Below are positions 62,303 through 64,000 of a DNA stretch of 64,000 nt, piece after piece. The first letter of the stretch is position 1, and every line of letters begins with the position of its first letter. The stretch is taken from contig JAGLUP010000003.1 of assembly GCA_023134715.1 (NCBI GenBank), positions 2,019 through 66,018 on the forward strand, in the 5' to 3' direction. The translations under genes and the position numbers were made by a program. The DNA comes from Candidatus Parcubacteria bacterium. Lineage in GTDB: Bacteria; Patescibacteriota; Minisyncoccia; Minisyncoccales; JAGLUP01. The notes beneath the pieces are model-generated. The model ran no database searches. It saw only the letters and a list, made by a program, of their open reading frames with translations, and had not been told where the DNA came from.

Positions 62303-63037
62303 ATGGAAAAAGTTTTTAGCAAGGCAGATCTTCATTGCCATTCAAAATATAGCCCAGATGGTTATTCTTCAATTGAAACAATTTTAGAAAAAGCTAAACA
62401 AGAAAATTTAGTTTTTATCGCTATTACTGACCACAATACTATTGAAGGAGCAGTAAAAGCCCAGAAAATAGCTTCAGATTTCGGGGTAGAAGTAATAATA
62501 GGAGAAGAAATTGACACCAAAGTTGGCCACTTAATAGGATTGTTTCTGAGCAGACATATTTCTCCTTGGAGAACGCTTAGCGAAACAATTAAAGAAATTC
62601 ACGAGCAAGGAGGGTTGGCGATTGCGCCTCATCCTGGCAGTTTTCCCAGCGGAATACCATTGTCAATAATTGCTAAAGTTTTTAACCATTTGGACGGAAT
62701 TGAAACCTTTAATGGAGGATGGAATTCTGTGATTTGGATAGGCAAAAAAAAGCAAAAACAAGTAGAGCGTTTAAATCGAGAGATTTTTCACCTTGCCTCA
62801 ACTGGAGGAAGCGACGCCCATATATCTTCTCAAGTCGGTTCAGGTTATACTGTTTTTCAAGGAAAAACCAGCTCTGAACTTTATAAAGCCATTAAAGAAA
62901 AGAAAACTTTTACCGGAGGACAAGGATGGAATTTTTCAGATTATATTAATTTACAGTTCAGAGGGCTTACTCGACTTCCCTTATTTATTAAGAATTTTAA
63001 ACAAATTTTCAATAGAGTTCGCAACCAAAGAAAATGA
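62303..63037 (+). CDS. PHP-domain metal-dependent phosphoesterase
   Basis: 244 aa. DLHCHSKYSPDG, IAITDHNT, GGSDAH. Confidence 0.8.
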   Translation: MEKVFSKADLHCHSKYSPDGYSSIETILEKAKQENLVFIAITDHNTIEGAVKAQKIASDFGVEVIIGEEIDTKVGHLIGLFLSRHISPWRTLSETIKEIHEQGGLAIAPHPGSFPSGIPLSIIAKVFNHLDGIETFNGGWNSVIWIGKKKQKQVERLNREIFHLASTGGSDAHISSQVGSGYTVFQGKTSSELYKAIKEKKTFTGGQGWNFSDYINLQFRGLTRLPLFIKNFKQIFNRVRNQRK

Positions 63038-64000
63038 GAATTGGATTTTTTACAGATTCATATAATTTAAAATGTCTTACAGGAGTAGATGTTTCAGTAG
63101 AAAGCTTTAGAAAAGAGTTGGAGGATTTAGATAATCAAGTTTTTTTGTATGCTCCCAAGGTTCCGGATTGGGAAGATAAAAATCCTCGCGTGTTCAGATT
63201 TAGAGGGATAAAAGTATTTAAAAAACCGCCTATGCGACTGGCTTTGCCTTTTCTTTTAACAAATCCTAAAAAAGAAAAGGCCAAGATTGATAATAAGCTG
63301 GATATTGTTCATACTCATTCTTTTTTTTCAATGGGGCTTTTAGGGAAATATATTGCTTATAATCAAAAAATTCCTTTGATATATACTCATCATACTTTTT
63401 ATACTGAATATGCTAAAATTTATCTTAAAGAAAAGATAATTTCTCCTCATATAACAAAATTATGGACCAAATGGTATGCGGCTCAAGCTGACGCGATAAT
63501 TGCTCCTTCTTTTAAAATAAAAAAACATTTAGAGAATTATGGAGCGAAAAAACCGATTTTTGTTCTGCCCACAGGGGTTAATCTTAAACTTTTTAAAAAA
63601 TCAAAAAAAACAAAGCGCTTTTTAAGGAAAAAACTTGGACTTCCGCTTGAGAAAAAATTATTACTTTTCGTTGGAAGAATCGGCAAGGAAAAAAATCCTG
63701 ATTTTTTAGTAAAAATGATAAAACAATTATCCAGAAAAAGAAAAGATACAATTCTTATAATGGTGGGGGATGGTTTTTATTTAAAAAAACTTAAAACTTT
63801 GGTTAAAAATTTAGGAATTGATGAATTTGTAAAATTTATTGGCCGGGTTGCTCATCAAAAAATTTCAGAATATTATCAATCTTCCGATGTTTTTGTTTTT
63901 TCTTCATCAACCGAAACTCAGGGTTTAGTAATTTTAGAAGCAATGGCTTGCGAATTACCAATAGTTGTTTTAGAAGACCAGGCCTTTGAGGGTATAGTTA
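63034..64000 (+). CDS. GT4-family glycosyltransferase (runs off window end)
   Basis: Not in track (no stop). ATG overlaps the preceding stop (ATGA). My translation: MRIGFFTDSYNLKCLTGVDVSVESF...DIVHTHSFF...LLFVGRIGKEKN...ETQGLVILEAMACELPIV. Confidence 0.8.
   Translation, partial: MRIGFFTDSYNLKCLTGVDVSVESFRKELEDLDNQVFLYAPKVPDWEDKNPRVFRFRGIKVFKKPPMRLALPFLLTNPKKEKAKIDNKLDIVHTHSFFSMGLLGKYIAYNQKIPLIYTHHTFYTEYAKIYLKEKIISPHITKLWTKWYAAQADAIIAPSFKIKKHLENYGAKKPIFVLPTGVNLKLFKKSKKTKRFLRKKLGLPLEKKLLLFVGRIGKEKNPDFLVKMIKQLSRKRKDTILIMVGDGFYLKKLKTLVKNLGIDEFVKFIGRVAHQKISEYYQSSDVFVFSSSTETQGLVILEAMACELPIVVLEDQAFEGIV

Noticed and set aside
62793-63065. Track ORF of 90 aa
   Set aside because: It overlaps the 3' end of the PHP gene in another frame. 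The real downstream gene is the GT4 glycosyltransferase, which starts at 63034 and is absent from the track because it has no stop in the window.

Overview
AT-rich (about 30% G+C by eye), densely coded bacterial window. Gene content and style look like a Candidate Phyla Radiation / Patescibacteria (Parcubacteria-like) genome; that placement is inference only. All product calls rest on motif recognition in the supplied translations, since no searches could be run. Core genes: purB (partial), pyrF, argS, trpC, ileS, recO, rny, htrA-like protease, leuS, topA, rel, glmS, iorAB, trpD, pth, lepB, hisS, rpsU, ftsA, ftsZ, nrdDG, comEC and five tRNAs. Accessory content: three type IV pilin-like proteins with lectin-type heads, several repeat-rich surface proteins and five toxin-antitoxin-type modules. 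Main observations: (1) ftsA and ftsZ are split by a ~5.2 kb island holding four TA-type modules. Inside it, the 5' end of one membrane-protein gene recurs three to four times, with a 33-nt perfectly identical core at an abrupt homology break. This looks like serial integration of TA cassettes that carry surrogate gene 5' ends, yet no recombinase is visible. (2) trpD and two unknown K/E-rich small genes each sit behind a paralogous ~90-nt promoter/5'-hairpin/RBS cassette. (3) IleRS carries an inserted histidine-phosphatase (PGAM-like) domain. (4) An archaeal-type GGGPS + DGGGPS ether-lipid gene pair is present. (5) Several families of small palindromic or heptamer-repeat elements occur both as terminators or intergenic elements and as in-frame insertions in housekeeping genes (argS, htrA, iorA, pth, a PP-loop enzyme). 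These include an IVS-like four-helix-bundle cassette bounded by a perfect 21-bp inverted repeat. No CRISPR array, rRNA, transposase, integrase or reverse transcriptase was recognised.
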